Assembly (NCBI RefSeq): GCF_006345805.1
Contig: NC_043019.1
Location: forward strand, 1,674,001 to 1,738,000
DNA from: Octopus sinensis
Lineage: Eukaryota
DNA: 64,000 nt
Direction: 5' to 3'
The notes below the pieces were generated by a model that saw only the letters and a list, made by a program, of their open reading frames with translations, ran no database searches and had not been told where the DNA came from. Positions 24,946 to 38,476 of the stretch are shown here, piece after piece. The position numbers and the translations under genes are program-made. Positions within the stretch are counted from its first letter, which is position 1. Every line of letters starts with the position of its first letter.

Positions 24946-27202
24946 ATATCACAAGGAAAGCATGACACCATAATGTCACTGTCTGAAACAAATAATTTAA
25001 CTTTGAGGAATTTAACTCAGTATATTGGTTTTGGACATCCAAGTACTTTCTTCTTGAGAAATTCAGTGACATCTTATTTAGTAACTACTTGCCATTAAGA
25101 TAAAGGTCAAAATCCCGCAGCGGTGTCATTCCATGAAATAACTGGAAGCTAGGTTATCCTTCCTATCCAATTTTAAGAATAGTATTAGATCTTTTGAATG
25201 CATCTGTGGAGGCGGAAATAGCTAACACGCTTGTTGATGCCCCTTTAGTGATAAATGCATAGGCAAATTTATTATTTATTATCACATTTGCCTTATGAGC
25301 ACGCCAAGCTAGAGATTGAATTTAAGTTACCCAAAAGCATGATGACAATTCAATGATTGATGATACAGCATATCCAAGGTGAATCGTTATGTGAAAGGTA
25401 AATGTTGGTGTTTACAACAGCTCGTAAAATACTACAAAGTGTTTATGTTTTTTTTATCAAAACCTCTGTTGTATATTATGAATCGCCAGAATGCTATTGA
25501 AAATGTACCCCCAACATATTGTATAATGTAAATAAGCTTGTAAATAAGCATGTAAATTGCGACAAACACAGAATAGTATATTATAATATATTAGATTTAT
25601 TTTTGTAAACTGAAAACTATCACGACATATTAATAACAGTGCAACTTGTAGTTTATTCTGGAGTTTTGTTATTACAGTATATCAATAAGGATTAATGGAC
25701 ATCATTACTTTGTAATTTTAGCTATAAAACTTGCATGTAAAGAATAAATTTTTTAACTCTAAAATCTAAAATGCAATTTTAATATATGAAGTTTTTAACA
25801 GATATCGGTTCTTATATAATGAAAATTTTAAACAGATTTCGGTTTTCATATAATGAAAATTCTAGAATGGTACCTACCTTTGAACTTCATAATTGCGCTG
25901 ATCCCATGAATCTGGCAACAGAATATCTCAACTCACACAGAACAAGGCGACGACGAAGAGGCGTCTACGTCGTCAGAAAGCTCACTGGAAATAGTAGTCA
26001 AATCTCTTCAAGCCATAACTTACAGTCTTATCAGAAGAGACATGGAACAAGTCGACGCTGAGGTTCATTTGAACAAAAGTCAGCTGGTTCAAGTCTAGCT
26101 TGGTGAAAAATGAAGAAAACATTTTAAAAAAAATTTCTTACTTCATATTGTCCTCAGAATGTTCTACAGTAAACTAGAAACGGCATAAAATGTCCCTGTG
26201 AACCTTTATCAGATTACAGAACGGTATATTGGATAACGTGTTTTCTATTTGTTATAAATGTCGGAAAAGTCAAGTTTTCGAACACCAATCATTATGGACT
26301 GAAATATGGCTTCGCTGCATATTTAAAGGAAATTGGGCAGCGAGTCATCTAGACGATCTCTCAAATAGCTACAAGATGGCATTACTTAAAATCACATTTT
26401 ACCGAGTTTAATTTTGAAAAATGACATATAGCACAATGTACTCATGTATTCTTCCATCACCGGAACACTATTGACAATTGCCAATCGACAATTGAACATC
26501 AGCTAAACAACAAATCTTACAGCTTAAACAAAATGTTATCATGTCTATCACTCTAGCGCTCCAGATTCTTCACAGAACAACTGCTCAACCTCATTCATCA
26601 TTAAAAATGATAAAACTCTGCTTCCGACTGAATGTAGAAACGCACTTGTTTCTTAATGTCTTACAAATTATGATATGCACACAAGTAACACTTAATTATG
26701 ATATGCAAACACGTAAATGGAATATGGTAATGTTGTTATATCATTCTTTATCAAAATCACATCAGTCTTAAATATAAGACTATGTTGGGGCAGCGGGCTT
26801 CATGGGTTTCTTATTTCCCGCATATGTGCTCTCAAAAAATTAGTACTCCATATGGTGAAAGATAAATATTTATTTAGAGGACAAAATACACGTCTTTAAG
26901 TGCTTCTAATGGTAACAGGAGTTCAGAAATATCGCAAACATATTGGTGCCTGGTGAATATGTCTGTAATATTTCTCAACATATGAAACAATTAATAGCAC
27001 ATAAAGACATTTATTGTGTCCTTTAAATAATATATATATATATATATATTAAACATACGACAACGTATCAACAATATACATACACACACATGTATGTATT
27101 TATATATATATATATATACATACATAAATACATACATACATACATACATACATACATACATACATACATACATACATACATACATACATACATACATACA
27201 TA

Positions 27203-28087
27203 CACAGAGAGTGCGATGAAGAAATTGTCGCCTAAATTATGCAAAAATGAAAATAACACTGATATCTCATTTTAACAGATATATTTACCAAAATTATATA
27301 GAAATATCTTGAAATACTAAAGAGTGAATTTTTTCGATAAAATTGCCATTGGCCTCAACCGAGGCCTCGAGACAACTTTGGAATATCTCGAAACTCTTCT
27401 GGACTGACTTCTAGTTTAAGTTCTTGAATGTTGTCATAATTCTTTCCTTCAGCTCATCTTTGAAATTGCAATGAGTTTTGCTGGTCTCTCGCTGAACTGC
27501 GCCCCTCGTGTAGTAATAAAGAGGGTTGAAATCTGTAGAAATAGGTGGACTGATTCAAGGGTAGTAGCAGAAATTGTCTTACATCCATGACTTTGTTTTC
27601 TTGCTTGTGTGCCATGATACAGAGTCCTGTTGCCAGACACAGGATCTTCAAGCAGCCACTCTCTTGAGCCAGGGCAGCACTACCTCCTCCAGGTAATTGA
27701 TGTAGTCCTCCGTGTTGAGTCTGAGGCCGTGTGGGAATATGAATGGGGGAATAAAGTCGATATCACTTGTGATCTATCCAAACACCATGATGTTGACTGG
27801 TGGTTCATTTTTATCACTCTCCATACATGACCTAAGGTTGCACTATACTTCGATTGACACACAAACACTCTGAAATGTTCGTATTGGAGATTCAAGCTTG
27901 AATTCCAAGCAGTAGAGCATGTCGTCTCCAAATTTTTGACAGAGTAAATTGCGTCATGGTGTTGTTTTTCACACAGACGGTGCTCAACTGACCCCACTCT
28001 CCTTCGTAGTCGACCAAATCGAAAACAAGCAATGCACATGCGCAAGTTTGAAATATAAAATGTTGACAATTTACACATCGGACCCTG
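27203..28087 (-). pseudogene. Deleted Tc1/mariner (maT/DD37D-like) element with TIRs
   Basis: IMVFG*ITSD...PPFIFPHGLRLNTEDYINYLEEVVLPWL...VWQQDSVSWHTS...SPPISTDFNPLYY...VEANGNFIE. Termini CAGAGAGTGCGATG / CATCGGACCCTG|TA. Confidence 0.88.
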
Positions 28088-28249
28088 TATTTATACATAC
28101 ATACATACATACATATATATATAGATAGATGTATGTTTGTATGTATGTGTATATATATATATATATATACACACACACATATACGTTCGTATATGTAAGT
28201 ATATCGTTTGTTCTGCATATATATATATGTATTTATGTACCCTTGATAT

Positions 28250-28308
28250 ATTCAATTGATGACGGTAAAGCTTATTTAAAGCAAAACCAGAAATCCTGGA
28301 TCTTGAAT
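28250..28308 (+). ncRNA. Type-I hammerhead ribozyme candidate
   Basis: ATTCAA TTGATGA CGGT..ACCA GAAA TCCTGGA TC TTGAAT: stem I 6 bp, near-palindromic stem III, AUC site; C3 is U. Confidence 0.6.
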
Positions 28309-28907
28309 TATTCAATAACTTTTGCTTGTATATTTTGTCTCTGTCTTATCTCATGGTACGATATGAACACTTAACGTGGTTTTTTATAGTCAGAATTTCG
28401 ACTGCTATTCGGCATGTTGGTGTCTCTCAGACACCCTCATTTTTTATTGTTAAAATTATTACCTTTGTACGGTATTTTTTCCATGCTGGCCACTTGATAA
28501 TATTGATACTTAATATCGTAGTATCCCATATATAAATTATATATATATATATATATATAATATATATATATTATATATATATAAGGTATATATATTATAT
28601 AAAGGTATATATATTATCTAAAGGTAAGACACGGTATCAATAATGGTCATTATATAATTTTCTTTATCGCACCAAATTTGACTTACTGCTGTTTCTAGTA
28701 GTTTTTATAGGTTCTTTAGTGATAGGTTTCCTCACACGGTCCATTGACCGGTTGTGAAGAACTGAACAACCTGAATAGTTCATGCAACTTTCATGAGAGA
28801 TATTGCTAGTTATAACAAAGTAGAATATTGTGTGAACAGTATCGATATGACGGCGGGAATGGAGAGAGACAATAAGGATCAGTATAAGGTAAGTGGAAGG
28901 AAGATGA

Positions 28908-29122
28908 AGGCGGCGCGCTGGCAGAAGCGTTAGCATGCCGGGCGAAATGCGTAGCCTTATTTCGTCTGCCGCCACGTTCTGAGTTCAAATTCCGCCGAGG
29001 TCGACTTTGCCTTTCATCCTTTCGGGGTCGATAAATTAAGTACCAGTTACGCACTGGGTCGATACGATATAATCGACTTAATCCGTTTGTCTGTTCTTAT
29101 TTTTCCTCTTTCTGTTTAGCCC
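28908..29122 (+). mobile_element. SINE family B, full length
   Basis: Consensus match; TSD-like GGAAGGAAGAT / GGAAGGTAGAT. Confidence 0.92.
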
Positions 29123-29514
29123 CTTGTGGGTAGTAAAGAAATAGGAAGGTAGATAAAGAGGAAAGAGGGAAGAGGAACCGTGGTTTTGAAGAGAAAGATT
29201 AAAGCAAAGAGTAGGAGCAAAAGGAAGAGAATAAGAAATAGTAAGGATAGAGTTTTGCTTTATCCGGTGCAACATGTAATCTAAGAGAGAGTTAGCCAAT
29301 AATCCGATCAGATTGAATCAATAATTCTATCAGAGTGAGGCCCATTTTTTGTCTAAACTTCTCGCATTTAACGTAGCAGCTGTTGAATTATTGGATGAAA
29401 GTTTTGTAGATCTTGATGGTGTGTAACTTTATCGATGTTTAAAAGTGGAGTCTCATTTGTATTGCAACACAATATCTAATTGCATATATTTTCGGAGTTT
29501 TCGGTCACTGGAAG

Positions 29515-30030
29515 ACTTGGCTTGATGCTCTTGTTTAATAGGGCTGATGTCATTCTAAGATAGTAGTCCCAAAGGCTTCCTCGTGGGTCGTGCCGACCAG
29601 GTCCATCAGTGCCTTCCATTGCTGGTGATTTCGTATCAGGCCCTCCTCATCCTCCATGGTAACGTCGAGCTCCTGTAGATCTTCCCTAATCATGCCCAAC
29701 CACCTGGGGTAGTGCCTGCCACGAGGCTTCCTCCAGTCCGCAAATGCAACGTGGAATGACAGTAAATCCCTGGTAGGATGATCTTGCGAGAGACTGAGCA
29801 CATGGCCGTACCAGCACATGCGACGGATTGCTATGCGGTGGGAGGTGCGGGTTGATGCATTCACGCACGCAGTCCTTTATTGGAAACATGAAGACACCAT
29901 CTGATATTGTGGATGGTCCCTAGGGATCTGCTATCGAAGCCGTTGGCTCTCTTTGTCAGGGTCCTCAAGAGGGACGAAGTTTCTGCCTCATAGAAGTGAA
30001 CGGTGAGGACCACTGCATTGTAATGCAAGT
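29515..30030 (-). pseudogene. 3' end of an RTE-clade LINE
   Basis: YNAVVLTVHFYEAET...FDSRSLGTIHNIRW..HVSN and RRMCWYGHVL...WRKPRGRHYPRWLGMIREDL...QQWKAL match RTE C-terminal motifs; CAAG-repeat tail. Confidence 0.85.
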
Positions 30031-30559
30031 GAGAAATTGAAATATATCTCAACATTGACGCAGTGCAAGTTCCTTGTAGCTTGGGAAATATGTGCGGAAT
30101 ATTTTCACCTAATGTAATGGGCATTTTGAAGCACAGGGGTATTAAATTAAAAGGTATTACCACATTCTGTAACGTTTTGTAAATAAGAACATAAAGAATA
30201 AATACAACCGATATAAATGGTATATTAAACAGTCATTGATTATTACTACCGCCTCTCTGTTTACTCTCACCAAGAATATGTTATTATTTTGTCCGTCCTC
30301 AAGAGAGTAGACACGTCTTTGACGGGTAATATAACTTCTGTATTATTGATCGAACCATTTACTTAAGTATTATTGATGAAACAATTTGTACGATACTAAA
30401 CTGCATAAAGAAATAAAATGATTTAGTAAACAGTTAGAAACTCAATGACACAGGACGGTCTGTAGAATAAATTAATTTTGTCGCCTAACTTTATAACTCA
30501 GATTACTAACCATATATATTGACCTATAATATATATATTATATATATTAGATCATATAT

Positions 30560-30800
30560 ATAATAGTATGTCTGTCCTACTATCTCTCTATCCTATCTAT
30601 CTGTCTGTATATAGATCCATCTGTCCATCTATCCTATCTATCGATATATATATATATATATATATATGTGTATATATATATGCCTGTAGTAGCATATGTG
30701 TATGTATTTATACCTTCACTATTTGTCTCTCTTTTTCTCTCTGTTTATCTATATATGTGTGTATGTGTTTGAGTGTGGTGTGATATGATTATATATTATA

Positions 30801-30882
<82 letters not shown>

Positions 30883-30964
30883 TATATATATATATCTGTC
30901 TGTCTATCTATCTATCTATCTATCTATCTGTCTATATATATCCATCTGTCCATCTATCTATCTA

Positions 30965-31021
<57 letters not shown>

Positions 31022-31132
31022 GCCTGTATGTATGCATATGTGTATGTATTTATAACCTTCACTATTTGTCTCTCTTTTTCTCTCTGTTTATCTATATATG
31101 TGTGTATGTGTTGAGTGTGTGTATATGATTAT

Positions 31133-31190
<58 letters not shown>
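30560..31190. repeat. Microsatellite block with a tandem duplication of about 340 bp
   Basis: CCTTCACTATTTGTCTCTCTTTTTCTCTCTG near 30713 and 31056. Confidence 0.85.
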
Positions 31191-31191
<1 letters not shown>

Positions 31192-31494
31192 TATAAATAC
31201 ATACATACTTGTATTCAAATTCACAGATATTTTTTTCGGTGAGCAAAACAGCGAAGACGTGAACAAAATGAAAGAGATTTGCCATGAAAAGACTACAGCT
31301 TCAAATGCTAAGTTTTATGTAACAATTCTTAAAAGCAAACTTTAAAAGCCAAGATTATAAAATATACACCGATTGATATATAAAACTGTTGCTTTTATTT
31401 ATGAGCCACAAATTGATGATAAATATGTGTAAGTAGATGTGATGATATACAAGTGTGTGTGTATATGTATTTGTGTGTATGTGTGTGTGTGTGT

Positions 31495-31552
<58 letters not shown>

Positions 31553-32261
31553 ATTCAGGAATTCATTAAATTTTGTTCTTTCTACGTTTTAGTTTTTTAA
31601 TGTCGATATTTCGAGGCCCTTACTTTTATTGAAAGCAATAAGAGAAAACTTCACATTTAAATTGTTTTTCAGTTTCAAACGCTGACTTTAAAATGAAATA
31701 TATTCAGTTTAAATGCAAAGAGACTTCGAAAGAATTGGACATTCATTAACTTTACTGTTATTCTCATTCTTAGAAAAATAGAAGTTATATATGATGTCTG
31801 TTTATTTTTTATTAAAGCGAAATATTCAAACAATCTCCGATTTTCAGTGAAGTCGTAATAAATATTCTCTTAATATTACTTAACCAAACTCATTAGGTTT
31901 CACTATAATAACAGGTTGTTGTTGTTGTTGAGTATACCAATGTGGTCTGTGGATTAGGCATCTGCTGAAGGATCTATTTCATATTGACTAGTTCACTGCC
32001 CGGCAGCATAGCGACGGTGAATAATTAGTGTTTTGATATTAGCATGGAGAGTGCGGGAAGCTGGTAAAATTTTTACCACGCCACACGAAATGCTTGGCAT
32101 CATAAAGTCCATTTTCAACTCTGAATTCAAATTACCTGGGTTTATTTTGCCTTTTATCTTTTCGGGATTGTTGAAATATTATGTTGTGAAGAAAGTTCTT
32201 GCGAAATTTTTATTTTGGTTTTAAATTATGTAGTATCAAATTAGTATTCTTTGTATGTATA

Positions 32262-32649
32262 GACGCAGGAGTGGCTGTGTGTTAAGTAGCTTGCTAACCA
32301 ACCACATGGTTCCGGGTTCAGTCCCACTGCGTGGCACCTTGGGCAAGTGTCTTCTGCTATAGCCCCGGGCCGACCAATGCCTTGTGAGTAGATTTGGTAG
32401 AGGGAACTGAAAGAAGCTTGTCGTATATATGTATAAAGGGGTAAAGACCCCCTTCGGTCATGAATGACCATGGGATTGCACCTAGAAAGTTACCCTCCTA
32501 GACACAAGTCCGGGCAAGGTTGTTTATGGAAGACCAGCAGTCGCCCATGCATACCAGCCTCCCCTCTCCACGCCACCAGTGTTATCCAAGGGAAAGACAA
32601 AGGTCGATACAGCTTGGCACCAGTGACGTCGCGCAACTCATTTCTACAG

Positions 32650-32693
<44 letters not shown>

Positions 32694-32935
32694 GTTGTGG
32701 TGTGTGTGTGTGTGTGTGTATGTGTTGCGTGTCTGTGATTGTCCTAGCATGCTGACAACAGATGCTGGTGTGTTACGTCCCCGTCACTTAGCGGTTCGGC
32801 AAAGAGACCGATAGAATAAGTACTGGGCTTACAAAGAATAAGTCCCGGGTCGTATTTGCTCGACTAAAGGCGTTGCTCCAGCATGGCCGCAGTCAAATGA
32901 CTGAAACAAGTAAAAGAGTAAAGAGTAAAAGAGTA
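32262..32935 (+). mobile_element. SINE family A with a different truncated SINE-like insert (32436-32652, minus strand) in its TA tract
   Basis: Both halves of A present. The insert begins CAGCTGTAGAAATGAGT on the minus strand, similar to the family D core end. Confidence 0.85.
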
Positions 32936-33858
32936 TACTAGTTATAGCTTCTAGAGGGTGTCATTTTGGTAGCGTATAAATTCAAGAGAAAAGAATTTTT
33001 TTCTTCTGTTATTGTGGTAGCATGAATTTCCTTTCGAACACACTGGAAAATTGCAAATAACATTTTGGATGAGATTCTAGTGTAATGATGATTGTGAAAT
33101 ATGACTGTATCAGGTTTTTCGCCTGCATTGTCTGCAGCATCTCCGCATACGTTATCTAATGTGTTCTTTAGATTCATAAAATCAGTTTTGAATGCAGATT
33201 GTGAATCCTTAACATCATTTATTGCTGCTTCAAGAGAATTTATAGACAGCTCTTCAAATTCTTTAAGTAGAAAGGCCTCAAGCAATCCTATCATCGTTTG
33301 CTTTCATGCCATACATGGCCATAATTCTGTTGAGGCTTGGAATATTTCTTCTGAGACATCGTGCTGTCGTTCAATCAAGAATGGACAATTTATGTAAGTG
33401 AATGAAATAAATATGATATTTCTTAAATACGGATCAAACAAAATTACCTAAATCAGGATCCATCCATTTGTTCCAGTGGACTCAAAGGGGACTATCAGTG
33501 ATTTATACGGACGGAATTTCACGTCCATTTAACCACAAGTAGGAAAAGTAACGTAGACATCTACTTTTGCACACAGTTTATGCTGTCCAGTCTTCTAGTA
33601 TTCAACAGCTTTGTTTCATAATTAGTAGCTATTACTTACTATATTTGTTCCTCATAAACCTGCTGTCAATATGTTGTTCTAATAACTGTTTACGTTGTTA
33701 CTGTGAAATTTATATTGAGCCAAAATTCATTCTCACTGCCTGTGATCAAGGCGTTATTGTTCTCGTATGTATTGCCTAATAATTTCGTTTAAAATACACT
33801 CATGTTTTTCTATATTACATATGGTATATATATATATATATATTATATATATATGTGT

Positions 33859-33892
<34 letters not shown>

Positions 33893-34019
33893 GGCCCAGG
33901 CGTGGCTATATTATAAGAAGCTTTCTTTCCAACCACATAGTACATGATTCAGGACCAGATTGGTCAAGTGTCCTGTACTATAGAAAAATCTTGTGAGTGG
34001 AAACTGAAAGAAGCTGTCG

Positions 34020-34057
<38 letters not shown>

Positions 34058-34091
34058 TATATAGGTTCTATTGTTCCACAATAAAGGGGAA

Positions 34092-34648
34092 TTATAATTG
34101 TCAAAAATGCGACTAGAGTGTCAAAAAGACACCTACATACCTAGAAATAAAATCTAAAATGCTTTAATGCAGTGGTTAACTCACACAAACGAAAACATAT
34201 ACACTAACACCGATCATAATAATCCGTAAATCATTTTAGCTCTTATGTCGAGCAATGTCGACGTATTCATATTTAGTGACAGTTATAATTTCTCTTTTAA
34301 GGGAAATATTGCGACCTACTCTTAACATTAATTTTGTGTATACACACTAGCGAATCGCTAAATCATTCATTTACTTGGATGTCGAAAACATATCCTAATA
34401 GAGAAACGCGTCCAGAATAACCCTAACACCGATTTGGCTTAACTGATAAGGCAACGGAAACTGCCGAAACTGATATCAATCTTAAGTATTCTTGGTCGGC
34501 ATTTTTCAGTCAATTATGCCCCCCCCCCGCCTTAGTGTATATATTTTCAATTATGTGCGTTAACTACAGCATTAGAGCATTGTAACTCTTATTGCTAGCA
34601 ATGTAGGTGGTTCTTAACACCCTAGTTCCCTTTAGTGACAATTAAATA
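34092..34648. repeat. Degenerate inverted-repeat element (about 115-bp arms)
   Basis: AATTGTCA...CACCTACAT...AATGCTTTAATGC...ATATACACTAA (34092-34208) is mirrored at 34532-34648. Confidence 0.65.
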
Positions 34649-34654
34649 TATCGT

Positions 34655-35023
34655 GGCACTCCGTCAATTATGACAACGAGGTTTCCAGTTGATCCGATCA
34701 ACGGAACAGCCGTCTCGTGAAATTAATGTGCGATTAAGTGGCTGAGCACTCCAGAGACACGTGTACACTTAATGCAGTCCTCGGGGAAATTCGGCTTGAC
34801 ACAGAGTGTGTCAAGTTTGGCCCTTTGAAATACAGGTGCAACAGAAACAGGGAGAAAGAGTGAGAGGAGGTTGTGGTGAAAGTACAGCAAGGTTCGTCCC
34901 CTCACCCTACCGGAGTCTCGCGGAGATTTAGGCGTTTTCATTCACAACGCCCGGTCTGAGAATCAAAACCGCGGTCCTACAACCACGAGTCCGCTGACCT
35001 AACCAATGGGCCATTGCGCTTCC
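34655..35023 (-). mobile_element. SINE family C, tail type 1
   Basis: Homologous along its length to 36310-36694. Confidence 0.88.
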
Positions 35024-35319
35024 AGTTATATATATATATATATATATATAATTATATAGTATATATATTATATATATATATATATATATACGTATCTATA
35101 CATATATAAGTGTATCTGTATGTTGCGGGTGTTATGCCTGTGCGTTTCCCCCCCCTGCCTGCCAACCGCTGATGATGTGCTTACGTCCCCGTAAGAAAAG
35201 AGACCCATGGCTAACAGACTTTGAAGTACTTAGAGCATTTCGTTCGAGTAAAATTCATCAAGTCGGTGCTCCAGCGCGTCGGAGTCTAAATACTGAAATA
35301 AGTTAAAAAATAAAATAAT

Positions 35320-35375
<56 letters not shown>

Positions 35376-35396
35376 CACACAACACACACTAGATTC

Positions 35397-35435
<39 letters not shown>

Positions 35436-36309
35436 ATATATACACATACATATTATAGAAAATCGGCTGAAACGCTGGAACTAAGCCCATCTGTATACTC
35501 TCTTTCTTTCTCTGTACATATATATATATATATAGAATATATACATACAGTTGGAATATATACATTCAGTTGTACTTAATGTATTGAAAGGTACGTTTTT
35601 ATCATTATGAGGCTTCTTTGTTGGTGATTTGAGAGTTATTCCTTGTAGACAGTGTAACTATATAAATGGTCTCACTTTTCTACACATGTCTAAATGTTAG
35701 TAATGTTTGTAGCAGACGATAAGTGGTAACTGGAACTCTTTATTCTTATATATATAATTTTACGCATACCATTAATGTAACGTTTTAGTGAAATAACTTA
35801 CTCATAAACGAAATTACAGCGATAAGATTCAGTGAATTATTTTCATACAAGATGAAGAATGTTTTTATCACAATTGTTGTATATCAATAAATATTTACAG
35901 GGAAACTAATACGTATAATTTACAAACACCTTCAGTCTGCAAAACAGACATTTATTAGAATCGACTGTTTTACTGACTGACAAATTTTGTTTCTGCTTTT
36001 TTTTGTAAAAGTTTACCTAGCACAAAAATAAATATTTTCTACGGATGGAAGGACCTGTTTTCAATAAATCGGAATACATTTAGAGTAGGAGTAATTCTTC
36101 TACTGATTGAATCTTTTAGGTAATATTTCACCATTTTTATCACCTTTCTCTTTCTTCTTCCTGTCTCCATCGACGTGTTTTCTTTTTTCTTTAATTAGAG
36201 ACTGCATTGCTGAAATATTCATCGACATATTTCATTTTTTGGTAGAGTAATAAGAAAAACATACACTTGACGAAAAATAAATCACAAAACTACATTATCG
36301 TTATGTTGT

Positions 36310-36694
36310 GGAAGCACTCCGTCGGTTACGACGATGAGTGTTCCGGTTGATCCGAATCAACGGAACAGCCTGCTCGTGAAATTAACGTGTAAGTGGCTGA
36401 GTACTCCACAGACACGTGCACCCTTAACGTAGTTCTCGGGGATATTCAGCGTGACACAGAGAGTGACAAGGCCGGCCCCTTGAAATACAGGTACAACAGA
36501 AACAGGAAGTAATAGTGAGAGAAAGTTGTGGTGAAAGAGTACAGCAGGGATCACCACCATCCCCTGTCGGAGCCTCGTGGAGCTCTTTAGGTGTTTTCGC
36601 TCAATAAACACTCACAACGCCCGGTCTGGGAATCGAAACCGCGAACGTATGACCGCGAGTCCGCTGCCCTAACCACTGGGCCATTGCGCCTCCA
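36310..36694 (-). mobile_element. SINE family C, full length with TSD
   Basis: GGAGGCGCAATGGCCCAGTGGTTAGGGCAGCGGACTCGCGG...TTTCGATTCCC head; flanked by ATCGTTATGTT on both sides. Confidence 0.92.
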
Positions 36695-37056
36695 CATCGT
36701 TATGTTATATTACTGAGTTTAAGGAAGAATTTGAATAATTTCACTGTTTTGTGTTGTACTGTATTTCGTTTCCACAGGCAACAAAACGTCTATATCGTTG
36801 TAGCCTTCGAATCTCGCCTACATTGATTTTTACCTGTGAGCCTTTCGCTGACAGTAAAAATAAATAGCAATGGACCGAGCAATGGAGTTAAAAGAACGAT
36901 CAGCCATTAAGTCATACAACCTTTATTCGCCTCTTTGCCTTTTGATCTCTATTCTTGCCACAGCCTGCCTGGAAGGTAGATTTAGTACGTCTCCCGGCCT
37001 AAAACCATGACACTACACCTTCGATGGGCATGGGTCCTCTGAATATAAAAAAAATA

Positions 37057-37221
37057 TGTGGCTGTGTGGTAAGTAGATTGCTTACCAGCTACATGGTCCC
37101 GGGTTCAGTTCCACTGCGTGGCACCTTGGACAAGTGTCTTCTACTATAGTCTCCTGCTGACCAAAGCCTTGTGAGTGGATATGGTAGACGGAAGCTGAAA
37201 GAAGCCCGTCGTATATATGTG

Positions 37222-37288
<67 letters not shown>

Positions 37289-38280
37289 GATGGATGTACG
37301 TATATATATATATAATATATATAATATAATATAAGAGAGTGGTCACTATATGGCTCACTCTAGCACCAGTTAATCCAAAGGTTTTCAACCACTAAAAATA
37401 CATGTTTTCCCATGAAAGTCAGTACGATTGTAGCTCACACGGACAGGGCAAATAAAAAATAACAAAAATACAGATTTTTTGGGACAATTGTTCGCTATTA
37501 ATGAATTAAATGTAATTTTACGTACAAAAAAATCCACTTGTAGCTCATCGGCCAAAACTATCTGGATGAAATCCACTCAATCACACGCAATTTTTACCAT
37601 AACGATAAATACGCGTGTGTTCATTGATTACATCCGACGTTATAATTCAAATCCCCAACTAACAGCGCGCCAAACTTTCACGGAACCAAATACAGCATTT
37701 AGAAATAAATGCCGCATAATATAATTAATTAATAAGGGTGGAGAGATTAAGATACTAATTTAATAGTATATCCATTCAACACCAAGGCCTAGTGCTCCGA
37801 GAAACCTGGATTATTATAATATTTTATAATATATTATAATATTTTTACAAAATAAATTAAGAGAGGGGTCACTATATGGCTCACTCTAGCACCAGTTAAT
37901 CCAAAAGGTTTCAACCACTAAAATACATGTTTCCCATGAAAGTCATACGATTGTTAGCTCACACATAATATGTGTGTGTGTAGGGTGTATGTATTATGTA
38001 TATATATATGTGTGTGTGTGTCTGTTATGTATGTATGTATGTATGTATGTATGTATATATGTATGTGTGTGTATATATTTCTGTGTCTGTGCTTGTCCCC
38101 CCAACATCGCTTGGCAACCAATACTGGTGTGTTTTACGTCCCCGTAACTTAGCGGTTCGGCGAAATAGAGCGATGGAATAATTACTAGGCTTACAAAGAA
38201 TAAGCCCTGGGGTCGATATTCTCGACTAAAGGCGGTGCTCCAGCATGGCCGCAGTCAAATGACTCAAACAAGTAAAAAAA
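37057..38280 (+). mobile_element. SINE family A split by an insertion at 37332-37964
   Basis: 5' half 37057-37330, 3' half about 37966-38280. Confidence 0.85.
37332..37964 (-). mobile_element. Non-coding element with about 108-bp terminal direct repeats and a central hammerhead candidate
   Basis: 37332-37440 repeated at 37858-37964; hammerhead-like motif at 37477-37557. Confidence 0.75.
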
Positions 38281-38476
38281 ATATAATAGAATAAAAGCGT
38301 ACTGAAACGTCATTGTGACTTGAGCGTTTAGCAGACAGGTACAGGCATGGCCGGACTGACACAGGTCTCATACTATAGACTCCCATTTTTTCTATGTACA
38401 TATTTGCACACCTGTATATACTTACGTACCTGTGTATGTGCGTGTGTTTTTAAGTTTATATATATATATATATATA

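Noticed and set aside
25786-26100. Possible exon (..EQGDDEEASTSSESS..)
   Set aside because: Its core resembles the decayed repeat at about 7830-7930 (GAAATAG..(G/T)CAAATCTC.TCAA), and the frames are interrupted by stops.
36615-36694. tRNA-like sequences with A/B boxes
   Set aside because: They are SINE heads: no proper acceptor stem, and they continue into SINE bodies with TSDs.
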